Origin: an uncultured Nitrososphaerota archaeon
GTDB lineage: Archaea; Thermoproteota; Nitrososphaeria; Nitrososphaerales; Nitrosopumilaceae
NCBI GenBank assembly: GCA_963701075.1
Contig: OY969559.1
Coordinates: 1,456,639 to 1,488,638 of the forward strand
Reading direction: 5' to 3'
DNA: 32,000 nt
A model generated the notes under the pieces. The model searched no databases, had not been told where the DNA came from, and saw only the letters and a list, made by a program, of their open reading frames with translations. This document shows, piece by piece, positions 7,319-16,365 of the stretch (position 1 is its first letter; every line of letters begins with the position of its first letter). The position numbers and the translations under genes are program-made.

Positions 7319-8190
7319 TTGTTTTTTTGTGCAACAATCAGATCTACTTTGTAATTCAAACTTAGCCTAGAATTCATGTTTAATTTCCATGGAATAAAGC
7401 TTGGATTGATTGTTCTTTGAATTAATTTAAATCCAGTATTCTTCAAGTATGATCTTAATTCTTCTGGACTTGTTTTTGATTTTACAGAGTTTTTCCCTCG
7501 CTCAAAGTCATATGGGTCTGACAACACAAGAAATCTCTTGGATTGGTGTGAAACAATCTGCAAAAGTTCGGATGGTTCTACAATATCAAGCAAGTTTAAG
7601 GCAATTACCAAATCAAATTTTTTATCCCCAAAAGGAGTGTTTAGTGAGTCAGCTACCATAAAATCGGAATTTTTTCTTTGGCGCCTTTTTGCTTCCAGAA
7701 TCGCATAAAATGATTTATCTATTCCAAATACACGAGAGTTTTGTTTTGCAGATTCTCTTGCCACAGAACCTATTGAACATCCATGTTCCAGTACAAGGTC
7801 GCATCTAGGTAATTTTTGAATCGAGTTTTTGACATGCGCGTAGAATTTTGAGCCCATGCTACGTTTGTAAATCCCGGTCCAGTTTCTTTCCAAGTCCGAA
7901 GTATCTTCAGATGCACGGTTTATCTTTCTCAAGGCGTTCTTTACAAATGACTTCATTTTTGGAGATTTGGCCATTAACATCAACTGACCCCCTAGTATCA
8001 TCCTAATTGAGAGGTACGACGAAAAGTGGTCTATCATGAAAGGTACAGAAGATATAACAGGATAATTATGACCGCATTTTACACAATTGAGAAATCCTTC
8101 TTGGATTTCTTCACTAGATACCAATGATTCAATTGATAGATCTGACTTGCATATTATGCAGCGCAAATATTCCACGGTAAAGTCAAGCAA
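7315..8190 (-). CDS. class I SAM-dependent methyltransferase with N-terminal Trm112-like zinc ribbon
   Basis: LRCIICKSDL...FLNCVKCGHNYPVISSVPFM is the CxxC...CxxC ribbon. VLEHGCSIGSVA is motif I and FDLVIALNLLD is the motif II/III region. Start uncertain (TTG 8190 or GTG 8175). The stop overlaps the radical SAM stop (convergent). Confidence 0.75.
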   Translation of the reverse strand: MLDFTVEYLRCIICKSDLSIESLVSSEEIQEGFLNCVKCGHNYPVISSVPFMIDHFSSYLSIRMILGGQLMLMAKSPKMKSFVKNALRKINRASEDTSDLERNWTGIYKRSMGSKFYAHVKNSIQKLPRCDLVLEHGCSIGSVARESAKQNSRVFGIDKSFYAILEAKRRQRKNSDFMVADSLNTPFGDKKFDLVIALNLLDIVEPSELLQIVSHQSKRFLVLSDPYDFERGKNSVKSKTSPEELRSYLKNTGFKLIQRTINPSFIPWKLNMNSRLSLNYKVDLIVAQKNN

Positions 8191-8232
8191 TGAAACTTTA
8201 GAATATGTTACAGATTAAATCTATACCGTTAT

Positions 8233-9034
8233 TTACTCTCGAATTTTGCTTTCTTGAAACGAGTCAGAGTTATACCAGCAGTATCTAAAATAGTCTAGAC
8301 ACCATTCGTGGAACAGAGGATCTTTACTATAAAACATCTCACGTATGTCTGTGATACCATCCATGGTAGGAAAACCAACACATGCCTCTTTCTCATTTAA
8401 TACCACGACCACATCTGTGCTTGCACTCATTTTTCGCTCAACCAAGCCTTTATCAATTAAATCTTTCATGCCTAATTTTTTGAGCAAATCTTGTCTGCCT
8501 TTAGGAACTATAACAGATTCTGAAAAAATGTAATTTAGTTTAACCCCCTTTCTTACTTTCAGCTAAAAGGGGTTCTATAAGATCAAGTGGCACTTCAGTG
8601 AAAATTTCATAAACAAATTCATCCGCATTTTTGTAAATTGACTTCCATTGCTCTAGAACCTTGACAAATCCTTTTACCTGTTGCCCTCCCGCAAGTGCGC
8701 CTATTCTTTGTATAAATTTCATTGAAACATTTCCAAAATTGTGATTCTCAAAATATTTTCTATTCTTAGAAAGAAACAACAATGATGGGACTTGGGTGCA
8801 CATTGTTTTGCCATATGTAGTAAGATCGTACAAGCCGTCACGGTCCTTTACAATCAGCCCTGCATCTGCAAGTCGCTCAAAGTTCCTATGAACCTCCTGA
8901 ACCGTGGCGTGCAATTCTTTAGCCATGTTTGAGATCTTGGATTTTTTCTCTAAAAGTTTGAATATTATGTTCAGACGTTGTTCGCTCGCAAGTTCAAGAA
9001 AGTCATGTGCTGCATTCTCATAGATATCAGTCAC
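8233..9034 (-). pseudogene. ArsR-type wHTH regulator with DUF1724 C-terminal domain, frame broken at a C5/G5 run
   Basis: The N-terminal ORF 8540..9034 (ISNMAKELHATVQEVHRNFERLADAGLIVKD) ends at TAA 8540-8542. The C-terminal part (DPLFHEWCLDYFRYCWYNS) continues in another frame that is open from 8562 down to 8233. Removing one C from the run at 8544-8548 fuses them (...ESKKGVKLNYIFSESVIVPKGRQDLLKKLG...). Confidence 0.65.
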
Positions 9035-9221
9035 TGGTAGAACTGTGCCAAGTTATTTATGTAAATCTTTGCTCTTTTTATCATGGATTCTTTTCAAGTC
9101 AACAAATGTAAGATCGCATGTATCAAGTTTTTATTTTAAAATACTAAAAGAAGACATGTACAAAAAGGCTAGGTAACTTAGTTAAGTAACCCATTAAATC
9201 AAAGATGAGAAATTAAGAATA

Positions 9222-9512
9222 ATGCTAGAGGTGGGAGATATTAATGAGGAGATGCAAGATCTCTTGTCAGATAAATCTAATAGAATGATATTGAAATCGA
9301 TTATGACAATCCCAAAATCTACAACACGGCTTTGTATAGAATGCAACATACCTACAAGCACTGCTTATAGAAAGATGCAAAAATTACTTGACTATAAAGT
9401 AATACGCAGAATTGGAACCATAAATGAGGCAGGTAAAAGAGAGATACTCTACAAAAGTAATTTTTCTGTTTTGAAGAAAACACCAGAATGGGAAGAATTG
9501 TTGTTAAACTAA
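9222..9512 (+). CDS. small winged-helix (ArsR-like) transcriptional regulator
   Basis: 96 aa. NRMILKSIMTIPKSTTRLCIECNIPTSTAYRKMQKLLDYKVIRRIG has the helix-turn-helix plus wing pattern. It lies divergent from the DUF1724 regulator. Confidence 0.5.
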   Translation: MLEVGDINEEMQDLLSDKSNRMILKSIMTIPKSTTRLCIECNIPTSTAYRKMQKLLDYKVIRRIGTINEAGKREILYKSNFSVLKKTPEWEELLLN

Positions 9513-9538
9513 AATAAAGTGTCATTTTTGTATATGAT

Positions 9539-9907
9539 ATGATTACTGTCAATTGTAGAGATATCCTTCCCATAAAATCAACATTGGCAGTCTATACTTC
9601 TGACCAGGTAGGAGCAGTTCCGGCCTTAAAATCACGCGAGTTTGTTCTTGCTCCTATAGAAGACGAGGAGATCAACGCCGCAAATGTAATCACAGCAATC
9701 AAAATGTTCCTTGCATCTTTGGGATGTGAAAAACACTTTGCGGTAATACAGAAAAATGATGTCATTTCAGTAGTTGCACTTGATGGATATAAGATAGAGG
9801 CGCCGCCACAAGGTATCTCAGACCAGTTTTTTTCGTGCGTTCATTGCGGCCATGTTACCCAATTTGAGACAGTGCACAGAAATCACATGAAGATCCATTA
9901 CCTATAG
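9539..9907 (+). CDS. hypothetical protein with C-terminal C2H2 zinc finger
   Basis: The C terminus FSCVHCGHVTQFETVHRNHMKIH fits C-x2-C-x12-H-x3-H exactly. It starts 27 nt downstream of the wHTH gene on the same strand. Confidence 0.5.
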   Translation: MITVNCRDILPIKSTLAVYTSDQVGAVPALKSREFVLAPIEDEEINAANVITAIKMFLASLGCEKHFAVIQKNDVISVVALDGYKIEAPPQGISDQFFSCVHCGHVTQFETVHRNHMKIHYL

Positions 9908-10003
9908 GATGTGTCTTGATCAGAGATTTTCTTGTTCAATAACCAAAAATCCCATAATTAGACCAAAAAATTGCTTTCACGTACAAGAAATGATGCATGA
10001 ATT

Positions 10004-10288
10004 TTAATTGGCAACTACTTCGTAGAATATTGGCCGAGGGGCAGTTTCCATGTATGAATGACCCTTTGCTTGAATTCTAGAATGTTCTTGTGTTTGATGC
10101 ATTTTTTCAAACTTTTCTTGACTCTCAAACTCTATCAATATGGTGTGTTTACCAGTACGAGTTGCTAGCAATCTTCTGTTAATGAACCCATCAAACTTGG
10201 CAAGATCCTTGTTAGATTCATTTATCCATTTTTTGAATTCTTCGTCCATTCCATTTTTGAGTTGAATCTCAGCTACAACTACGAACAT
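10004..10288 (-). CDS. ABM (antibiotic-biosynthesis-monooxygenase/Dabb fold) domain protein
   Basis: 94 aa. The MFVVVAEIQLKNG...F..W...........GFI.R.L......HTILIEFESQE.FE..H pattern is typical of ABM domains. Confidence 0.65.
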   Translation of the reverse strand: MFVVVAEIQLKNGMDEEFKKWINESNKDLAKFDGFINRRLLATRTGKHTILIEFESQEKFEKMHQTQEHSRIQAKGHSYMETAPRPIFYEVVAN

Positions 10289-10401
10289 AGAATTACTCGA
10301 TGACTAAGGACTTAAGAGGATTTCTAATATTCCCACTCTTTGCAAATAAGGTCACAGTAGACTCAATAATGCTAAATACGGGATTACTTTCGATCAGATG
10401 T

Positions 10402-10659
10402 ATGAATGAGAAACTGCTCATATTTGGAGGAATTGCGGCAGCAGTTGTAATTATGACCACGGCAGTTTTCCCATTTTGGAATCTCATTCCTACCATGGTA
10501 ACTGAAGAAGTTACAGTAAAAGCAGTAGACCAAAGCGGTTGTTATGTTGAGACTCATGATCATTTCGTCATAAAGATACCTCCATGCAATGCACAGCCTG
10601 GACAGAACATCACCGCGACGTTTGATGCAAAAGTAAGAGACCGTGAAAAGCAGATCTAA
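10402..10659 (+). CDS. small single-pass membrane protein (unknown function)
   Basis: The track ORF 10300..10659 starts at a non-ATG codon and would sit 12 nt from the divergent ABM gene start (10288), leaving almost no promoter space. I prefer ATG 10402 (MNEKLLIFGGIAAAVVIMTTAVF...), with ATG 10369 also possible. Its stop overlaps the pth2 stop (convergent). Confidence 0.35.
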   Translation: MNEKLLIFGGIAAAVVIMTTAVFPFWNLIPTMVTEEVTVKAVDQSGCYVETHDHFVIKIPPCNAQPGQNITATFDAKVRDREKQI

Positions 10660-11012
10660 AGCAATTTCAGACTTTGAGTAACCTTATCAATCGTGTCTTC
10701 GGGAGCGGGTCCTATAGAGATGCAAGTCACTGTTCCAGGTTCGATCTGGGTGTGGCCCGCATCAGTTACCTCCGACCATGGCAGACCAAGAGTTATTACA
10801 TGTTTTTTTACATTTTCCAATTCAGATAAACTTGAAACCTTGAGCACCACTTTTTCTTGACCAGATTCTTGCCATGCGTCATACCATTCCCTATGAGACT
10901 TTCTCACATGTTCTGCACCCAGAACACATGCATGTCCCACTTGGGCGGCAATCTTTCCAGTGCCCATTCCAAGATCCTTTCTTACCACTATTACTTGTTT
11001 AATGGTACCCAT
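10656..11012 (-). CDS. pth2: peptidyl-tRNA hydrolase, archaeal type (Pth2)
   Basis: KQVIVVRKDLGMGTGKIAAQVGHA...VVLKV...VTDAGHTQIEPGTVTCISIGP is the canonical Pth2 sequence pattern at the expected length of 118 aa. Confidence 0.9.
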   Translation of the reverse strand: MGTIKQVIVVRKDLGMGTGKIAAQVGHACVLGAEHVRKSHREWYDAWQESGQEKVVLKVSSLSELENVKKHVITLGLPWSEVTDAGHTQIEPGTVTCISIGPAPEDTIDKVTQSLKLL

Positions 11013-11226
11013 ATCAATTTGGAATAATAATAGTACATGTTAAACTTTTGAACTGAAAGTATTTTTGTCATGGACTATAACTGATGTGAGACACAAAATC
11101 TTCAAAAGTTGAAGAATGTAAGAATTCGTTCTGTTTTTTACAAACACGTAATTTTATTCCAAACCAGAGGTAAGTATCTCCTTGACACGATGTTTGATAT
11201 AAATAAATGATAAAAAGTAACAAGTC

Positions 11227-12363
11227 ATGGATTACGACGTAGTTGTTGCAGGTGGAAGTGTGGCGGGACTCTTGTGTGCAAGAGAAATTGCCGTACGAGG
11301 CCACAAAGTTCTGGTCATAGAAGAAGACTATGAGATTGGAACGCCAGAACACTGCGGGGGACTTGTAAGCACATCAGCCATGGACGATCTTGGAATCATT
11401 CCAATGAGAGCTACACTTGATAACAAGGTGAGATCAGCCCGCATAGTAGCACCATCAGGAAAGAGCTTTACACTTGATGCAAGACCGCAACAAGTCATAG
11501 TACTTGATAGGAGAGAATTTGATAAGCAAATTGCGCACCAAGCCAAAGTCAATGGCGCCGAAATACGAGTAAGATCATCACTTAGAGAAATAACCAAAGA
11601 TGGTGTCAGGACAACTGATGGGGATATCAAGTGTAAGATCATAGTAGATGCAAGAGGAGTATCCTCTTTAATTCACAAGGACCGTACGGGAACGCTACAA
11701 TCTGCACAATATGAGGTATATGCAGACTGGATTGATAAGGAGCAAGTCGAAGTATATCTTGATCAAGAGAAATACCCGGGATTCTTTGCATGGGTAATAC
11801 CAACTAGGCGCGACGAGGCAAAAGTCGGAGTTGCCGGAAAGGGAATCAATCCTGCAGCAGTGCTAGAAGACTTTTTGAAGCAAAAAGGTAGCTATTCCAC
11901 TGTAAGAAAGATATTTGCACCAATATGGGTAAAGGGCCCAATCAAGGAATTCGTAACAAGAAACATAGTAACTGTAGGAGATGCGGCAGGACAAGCAAAA
12001 CCCACGACGGCAGGTGGAATTTATTCTTCAGGACTTGGCGGAATATTAGCTGGAAATGCCATATCCAAATTTTTGGAATCGGGAAAAGAAAATGAGTTAC
12101 AGAAATATCAGAAAGAGTGGTCAGATAAATTTGGAAAAGAGTTTGAACAGATGCTTCTTGCCAGATCTCTTCTTGAAAGACTTGACAACAAATCAATTAA
12201 TGGTCTTTTTGAATCAATAACTCCTCAAGTGTTAGAGGATATTTCAAAAGAGGGAAGTTTTGATTTCCACACAGTATCGGTTGCAAAACTTTTAGGAATA
12301 AAGGGTTCTGTAAAAGCTATTCAGGCAATTTTAGGAAACGAATTGAGACGATTATTGAGTTGA
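11227..12363 (+). CDS. geranylgeranyl reductase family FAD-dependent oxidoreductase
   Basis: N-terminal YDVVVAGGSVAGLLCA dinucleotide-binding motif, then EHCGGLVS and VGDAAGQAKPTTAGGI motifs typical of archaeal GGR. Confidence 0.85.
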   Translation: MDYDVVVAGGSVAGLLCAREIAVRGHKVLVIEEDYEIGTPEHCGGLVSTSAMDDLGIIPMRATLDNKVRSARIVAPSGKSFTLDARPQQVIVLDRREFDKQIAHQAKVNGAEIRVRSSLREITKDGVRTTDGDIKCKIIVDARGVSSLIHKDRTGTLQSAQYEVYADWIDKEQVEVYLDQEKYPGFFAWVIPTRRDEAKVGVAGKGINPAAVLEDFLKQKGSYSTVRKIFAPIWVKGPIKEFVTRNIVTVGDAAGQAKPTTAGGIYSSGLGGILAGNAISKFLESGKENELQKYQKEWSDKFGKEFEQMLLARSLLERLDNKSINGLFESITPQVLEDISKEGSFDFHTVSVAKLLGIKGSVKAIQAILGNELRRLLS

Positions 12364-12418
12364 ATGTGCATCTATCCATAAGGAAGATATAAATTCGGTA
12401 GCAAGGCCAGCTTCTAAC

Positions 12419-12598
12419 ATGTCATCGTCTATTACTTTGCCAGTATGCAGTTCGTGCCATAGACCAATAATGCCTAATGATAAATGTGTGAAATTCAACT
12501 GCCCCAACTGCGGCTCAGTACTGCTTTGGCGCTGTGAAAGTTGTAGAGAGGCAGCTAGAATATACAAGTGCAAATCATGTGATTTCGAAGGACCATAA
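12419..12598 (+). CDS. Zn-ribbon protein (COG2888/DUF1610-type) that precedes aEF-1beta in archaea
   Basis: 59-aa ORF below the track cutoff: MSSSITLPVCSSCHRPIMPNDKCVKFNCPNCGSVLLWRCESCREAARIYKCKSCDFEGP, containing four CxxC pairs. It ends 1 nt before the EF-1beta ATG. Confidence 0.7.
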   Translation: MSSSITLPVCSSCHRPIMPNDKCVKFNCPNCGSVLLWRCESCREAARIYKCKSCDFEGP

Positions 12599-12599
12599 A

Positions 12600-12881
12600 A
12601 TGCCACGACTAGTATTACGAGCAAAGATTTTACCAACAGGTACTGAAATAGATCTCGACAACGTTGCTAAAAAGATCAGCACAACTCTAAAGGACGGCAT
12701 AACACTCTCAAAATATGTAAAAGAGCCACTTGCTTTTGGTCTCTACTTTATTAATGCCGAATTCTTCTTAGATGACAAGGAAGGACAAATGGACTCACTT
12801 GAAAACAGTGTACGTTCAATTGAAGGCGTAGGAGAGTTCGAGGTACTAGGAGTAAGTCGAGCTTCCGTAGACGCCAAGTGA
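12600..12881 (+). CDS. ef1b: translation elongation factor aEF-1beta
   Basis: ATG at 12600 gives 93 aa: MPRLVLRAKILPTGTEIDLDNVAKKI...EPLAFGLYFINAEFFLDDKEGQMDSLENSVRSIEGVGEFEVLGVSR. The track ORF start at 12534 lies inside the Zn-ribbon gene. Confidence 0.85.
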   Translation: MPRLVLRAKILPTGTEIDLDNVAKKISTTLKDGITLSKYVKEPLAFGLYFINAEFFLDDKEGQMDSLENSVRSIEGVGEFEVLGVSRASVDAK

Positions 12882-12894
12882 TGGAGGTGTCTTT

Positions 12895-15071
12895 TTGGTA
12901 AAAAAAGACGAGCTACTCCAGATGCGCGTTGGAGAAGCTAAGCAGAGAGACGTAGGCAAAAGACGCGCCAGGATAGAACCTGAAGTTATGGAATTTTTAA
13001 AAGTTGAACCAGGAGATATGATAGAGATCGTAGGGAAAAAATCTGAGCTGTGCAATAGTATGGCCAGCAGACGATGATAACAAAGCACCAGACATGGTCA
13101 GAATAGATGGTCAGACAAGAAAGAATGTCGGTGTCGGAATAAACGATCTGGTCAATGTTAGAAAAGTTGTCGCAAAGCCAGCAAAAAGTGTAGTCTTGAT
13201 GCCAGTTAATGGAAATGTTACAGTAGATAAGGAATTTACAGATTTTGTCAAAAACAGGCTAAAGGGTTTGCCCCTTTCTGAAGGAGATGAGATATCAGTG
13301 ATGATTCTTGGAAATTCCATGGACTTTAAGATACACAAGATTTCACCAAAGAGCGTAGCCAAGATAGACCGTGGCACCGCACTTACCATTTTAACTGACA
13401 CGTCGGTTGACAAAAAGGCACGGGTTACATACGAGGAGATAGGTGGACTTAGAGCACAGATAGACCGAATGCGTGAGATCGTAGAACTTCCATTAAAACA
13501 TCCCGAAGTGTTCAGTAGATTAAACATAGAACCACATAGCGGAATTCTCTTGTATGGACCTCCAGGATGCGGAAAGACATTGATTGCAAAAGTACTTGCA
13601 AGTGAATCAGAGGCCAATTTCTATTCCATAAATGGTCCTGAGATAATGAACAAGTATTATGGAGAGACAGAGGCAAGACTTAGAGATATTTTCAAGGAAG
13701 CAAAAGACAATGCCCCAAGTGTAGTATTCATCGATGAAATTGATGCCATTGCTCCAAAAAGAGAAGAAGCTTACGGCGATGTTGAAAAAAGAGTGGTAGC
13801 TCGAGCTGTTGGCATTAATGGATGGCCTGACAGATAGAGGCAATGTCATCGTACTGGGGGCAACAAACAGGCCAGAAAGCGTAGACCCCGCATTGAGAAG
13901 ACCTGGCAGATTTGACAGAGAGATAGAAATCTCAGTACCAAATGCAGATGGCAGATTAGAGATTTTACATATCCATACAAGAGGAATGCCTATTGCAGAT
14001 GATGTTGACCTGAAGGTTCTTGCAGCAGAGCTTCATGGATACACAGGCGCCGATATCAAATCGCTTTGCAGAGAGGCAGCAATGAAAGCTCTTAGAGCAT
14101 TTTTGCCAGAGATTGAGATGGAGACTGAAAAGATATCACCTGCAATATTGCAGAAGATGACCATACGTCTTCAAGACTTTTACGATGCAACACACGAAAT
14201 TGTTCCAACTGCAATGAGAGAGTTCTACGTCGAAAGTCCAAAAGTATGGTGGAAAGATGTAGGTGGACTAGATGACGCAAAAAGAACACTAAATGATAAT
14301 TTGATTACAGCCATAAAGGAACCAGCAAAATTTCAAAAGATGGGCATCAAACCTCCAAAAGGCGCTTTGCTCTATGGACCTCCAGGATGCGGAAAGACAA
14401 TGCTTGCAAGAGCACTTGCAACAGAAAGCGGTGGCAACATGATATTTGTCAGAGGAGCAGAGATCTTGTCAAAATGGGTAGGTGAATCTGAAAAGGCAAT
14501 AAGAGAGATTTTCAGAAAGGCAAAAGCATCATCACCATGCATTATAATTTTTGACGAACTTGATTCGTTGGCAAGATCAAAATCACTTGAAGAAGGAGGA
14601 GGAGTTGGAGAAAGACTACTCAGCCAGTTGCTCACCGAGATGGAAGATGGCGGAGCTGCAAGAGTGATAGTTGTTGGAATTTCCAATAGACCGGATCTGA
14701 TAGATCCCTCGTTGTTAAGACCCGGTCGCTTAGATTTGATACTCTTCATCCCGCCGCCTGAAGAAAAGGGAAGATTTGAGATAATTAAGACGCTTACACG
14801 ACAGATGCCACTAACTGGAGATGTCGACTTGAAGGAGATTGCACTTTCAACAAAGGGATACACAGGCGCTGACTTGGTAGCAGTATGCAGAGAGTCCGCA
14901 GTACAAGCAATGAGAAATAATACACCAAAAATCAGTAGCATGGACTTTGCCGCGGCATTAAAAGTCATCAAGCCTTCAATCACCAAAGGCGTTGAAGATT
15001 GGTATTCTGCAATCAAAGACAATATATCGTACGCATTACCCAAGCCAATTGACAAGGCATTTTATGGTTAG
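12895..15071 (+). pseudogene. cdc48: CDC48/VCP-type double AAA+ ATPase interrupted by two frameshifts (pseudogene or assembly indels)
   Basis: Three consecutive ORFs. 12895..13077 carries the N-domain ([42 protein letters not shown]). 13094..13837 carries D1 ([18 protein letters not shown]). 13809..15071 carries the D1 end + D2 ([18 protein letters not shown]). Break 1 is in or near the A6 run at 13036-13041; one A fewer reads [35 protein letters not shown]. Break 2 lies within 13800-13806; dropping G13803 reads [21 protein letters not shown]. Confidence 0.85.
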
Positions 15072-15073
15072 AT

Positions 15074-15391
15074 ATGGCAACTATTCCTCTTAGAAATTCA
15101 GTATATGAAATAGTAAAAAACGCAGGCTCTATGACAGACTCTGAGCTCTCAAAGGCATTGATAAAATCTGGAATTTCAATTCCTGAAGACGAATTCAACA
15201 AAACACTACTGAATCTCGAAATTTATGGCCTCATCAAGGTTACTTGGCTAACAAAAGACGAGAGAAGAATTGAGATTTATGAAAAAGAGGAAAACGAAGA
15301 CGACATAGAAAAACAGAACAGGGAAAGCCTAGAAAAAGAATACGAAGCAGGATTCCCCGGTGTTGAACAAGAGCAAGACGTCCAAGAATAA
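15074..15391 (+). CDS. hypothetical small protein, possible winged-helix N-terminal half with acidic tail
   Basis: 105-aa ORF starting 3 nt after the CDC48 stop. Its C terminus is rich in E/D/K. No diagnostic motif. Confidence 0.4.
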   Translation: MATIPLRNSVYEIVKNAGSMTDSELSKALIKSGISIPEDEFNKTLLNLEIYGLIKVTWLTKDERRIEIYEKEENEDDIEKQNRESLEKEYEAGFPGVEQEQDVQE

Positions 15392-15392
15392 T

Positions 15393-16271
15393 TTATTTCA
15401 TCACAGGAAAGTGGAATGCAGCATCAAGTGCAATTCCTACAAATATTATTGTAAGATATGGAGCAGTCACCTTGTAGGCTTTCCACGCAAAGTCTGAAGT
15501 CGGAGTCTTTGTCAGTTTGTAATGATACAGCAACATAAGACTGCCTGATACTGCAGCAATTGCAAGATAGACATAACCTAATCCAAATGCTACAAGTGCC
15601 AATGAATATGGAAGCAATATTGCGGTGTTGACAAGTATGTATTTTGATGTCCTTTGCATGCCAATCAATACTGGCAACATTGGAACATGTGCTTCTGCAT
15701 AGTCATCTCTTATCTTCATTGCAAGACACCAAAAGTGGGAGGGAGTCCACGCAAAGACAAGAATGCCTACAAGTGCTCCCAGTATATCCATAGAGCCAGT
15801 CGCAGCTGACCATCCTGCCATGGCAGCACAGCTACCAGCAAAACCTCCAATTACAATATTGGATGAATTCGTACGCTTGAGCCACGCCGTATAGACTATC
15901 ACATAGAAGAAAACTCCTAGCGCAATGAAAAATGTAGAAATTGGATTCAGGGTAAACCATGCATAAATTACAGAGGCGGCACTTACAATTAGACCATATA
16001 TCAAAACATTTCTTGCAGACATCCTTCCCGATGGGATTGGTCTGTTACTGGTTCTTTTCATCAACAGATCGATGTCTCGATCATAATAGTGATTAAGAGC
16101 ACTTGAGCCGGCTGAAGAAAGCGATCCGGCTATGATTATGTGCAGTAGACTGACATAGTTAAGTGGAGGACCTATCAATTTGCTGGCTGCGTACATCGAT
16201 GTTACGGCAGTAATTACAAGCAAAACTACTATACGGGGCTTTGATATCTCCAGTATTTCTTTTAATCCCAC
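15393..16271 (-). CDS. ctaB: protoheme IX farnesyltransferase (heme O synthase)
   Basis: Polytopic membrane protein of the UbiA superfamily, with ALNHYYDRDIDLLMKRTSNRPIPSGR (NxxxDxxxD + R.RP) and a second D-rich region, KIRDDYAEAHVPMLPV. Confidence 0.9.
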   Translation of the reverse strand: MGLKEILEISKPRIVVLLVITAVTSMYAASKLIGPPLNYVSLLHIIIAGSLSSAGSSALNHYYDRDIDLLMKRTSNRPIPSGRMSARNVLIYGLIVSAASVIYAWFTLNPISTFFIALGVFFYVIVYTAWLKRTNSSNIVIGGFAGSCAAMAGWSAATGSMDILGALVGILVFAWTPSHFWCLAMKIRDDYAEAHVPMLPVLIGMQRTSKYILVNTAILLPYSLALVAFGLGYVYLAIAAVSGSLMLLYHYKLTKTPTSDFAWKAYKVTAPYLTIIFVGIALDAAFHFPVMK

Positions 16272-16365
16272 TAGTCTTAGCGAGTCTGCTGGGAATTTAA
16301 TTTCTTCGAAGTTTGTCGCGAGAGGTCAAAAGAATTAAGTACCTCACTTAATCGAACTACCACAG

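Noticed and set aside
9083-9139. 18-aa ORF MDSFQVNKCKIACIKFLF in the regulator spacer, considered as a RiPP precursor for the radical SAM enzyme
   Set aside because: It is nearly 1.8 kb from the radical SAM gene, separated from it by two other genes, and has no leader-like features. It is too short to distinguish from chance.
12352-12636. 94-aa minus-strand ORF
   Set aside because: It is antisense to the Zn-ribbon gene and to the GGR 3' end, and its product is low-complexity. The plus-strand Zn-ribbon/EF-1beta pair explains the region.
13553-14399. Exact 27-nt repeat tatggacctccaggatgcggaaagaca at 13553-13579 and 14373-14399
   Set aside because: It encodes the Walker A (YGPPGCGKT) of the D1 and D2 AAA+ domains of the same CDC48 gene. 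This is an internal domain duplication, not a mobile or regulatory repeat.
13111-15055. Long antisense ORFs (168 aa and 227 aa) opposite CDC48
   Set aside because: They are the mirror frames of a strongly conserved AAA+ gene. Their products are low-complexity (S/P/I-rich) and show no motif.
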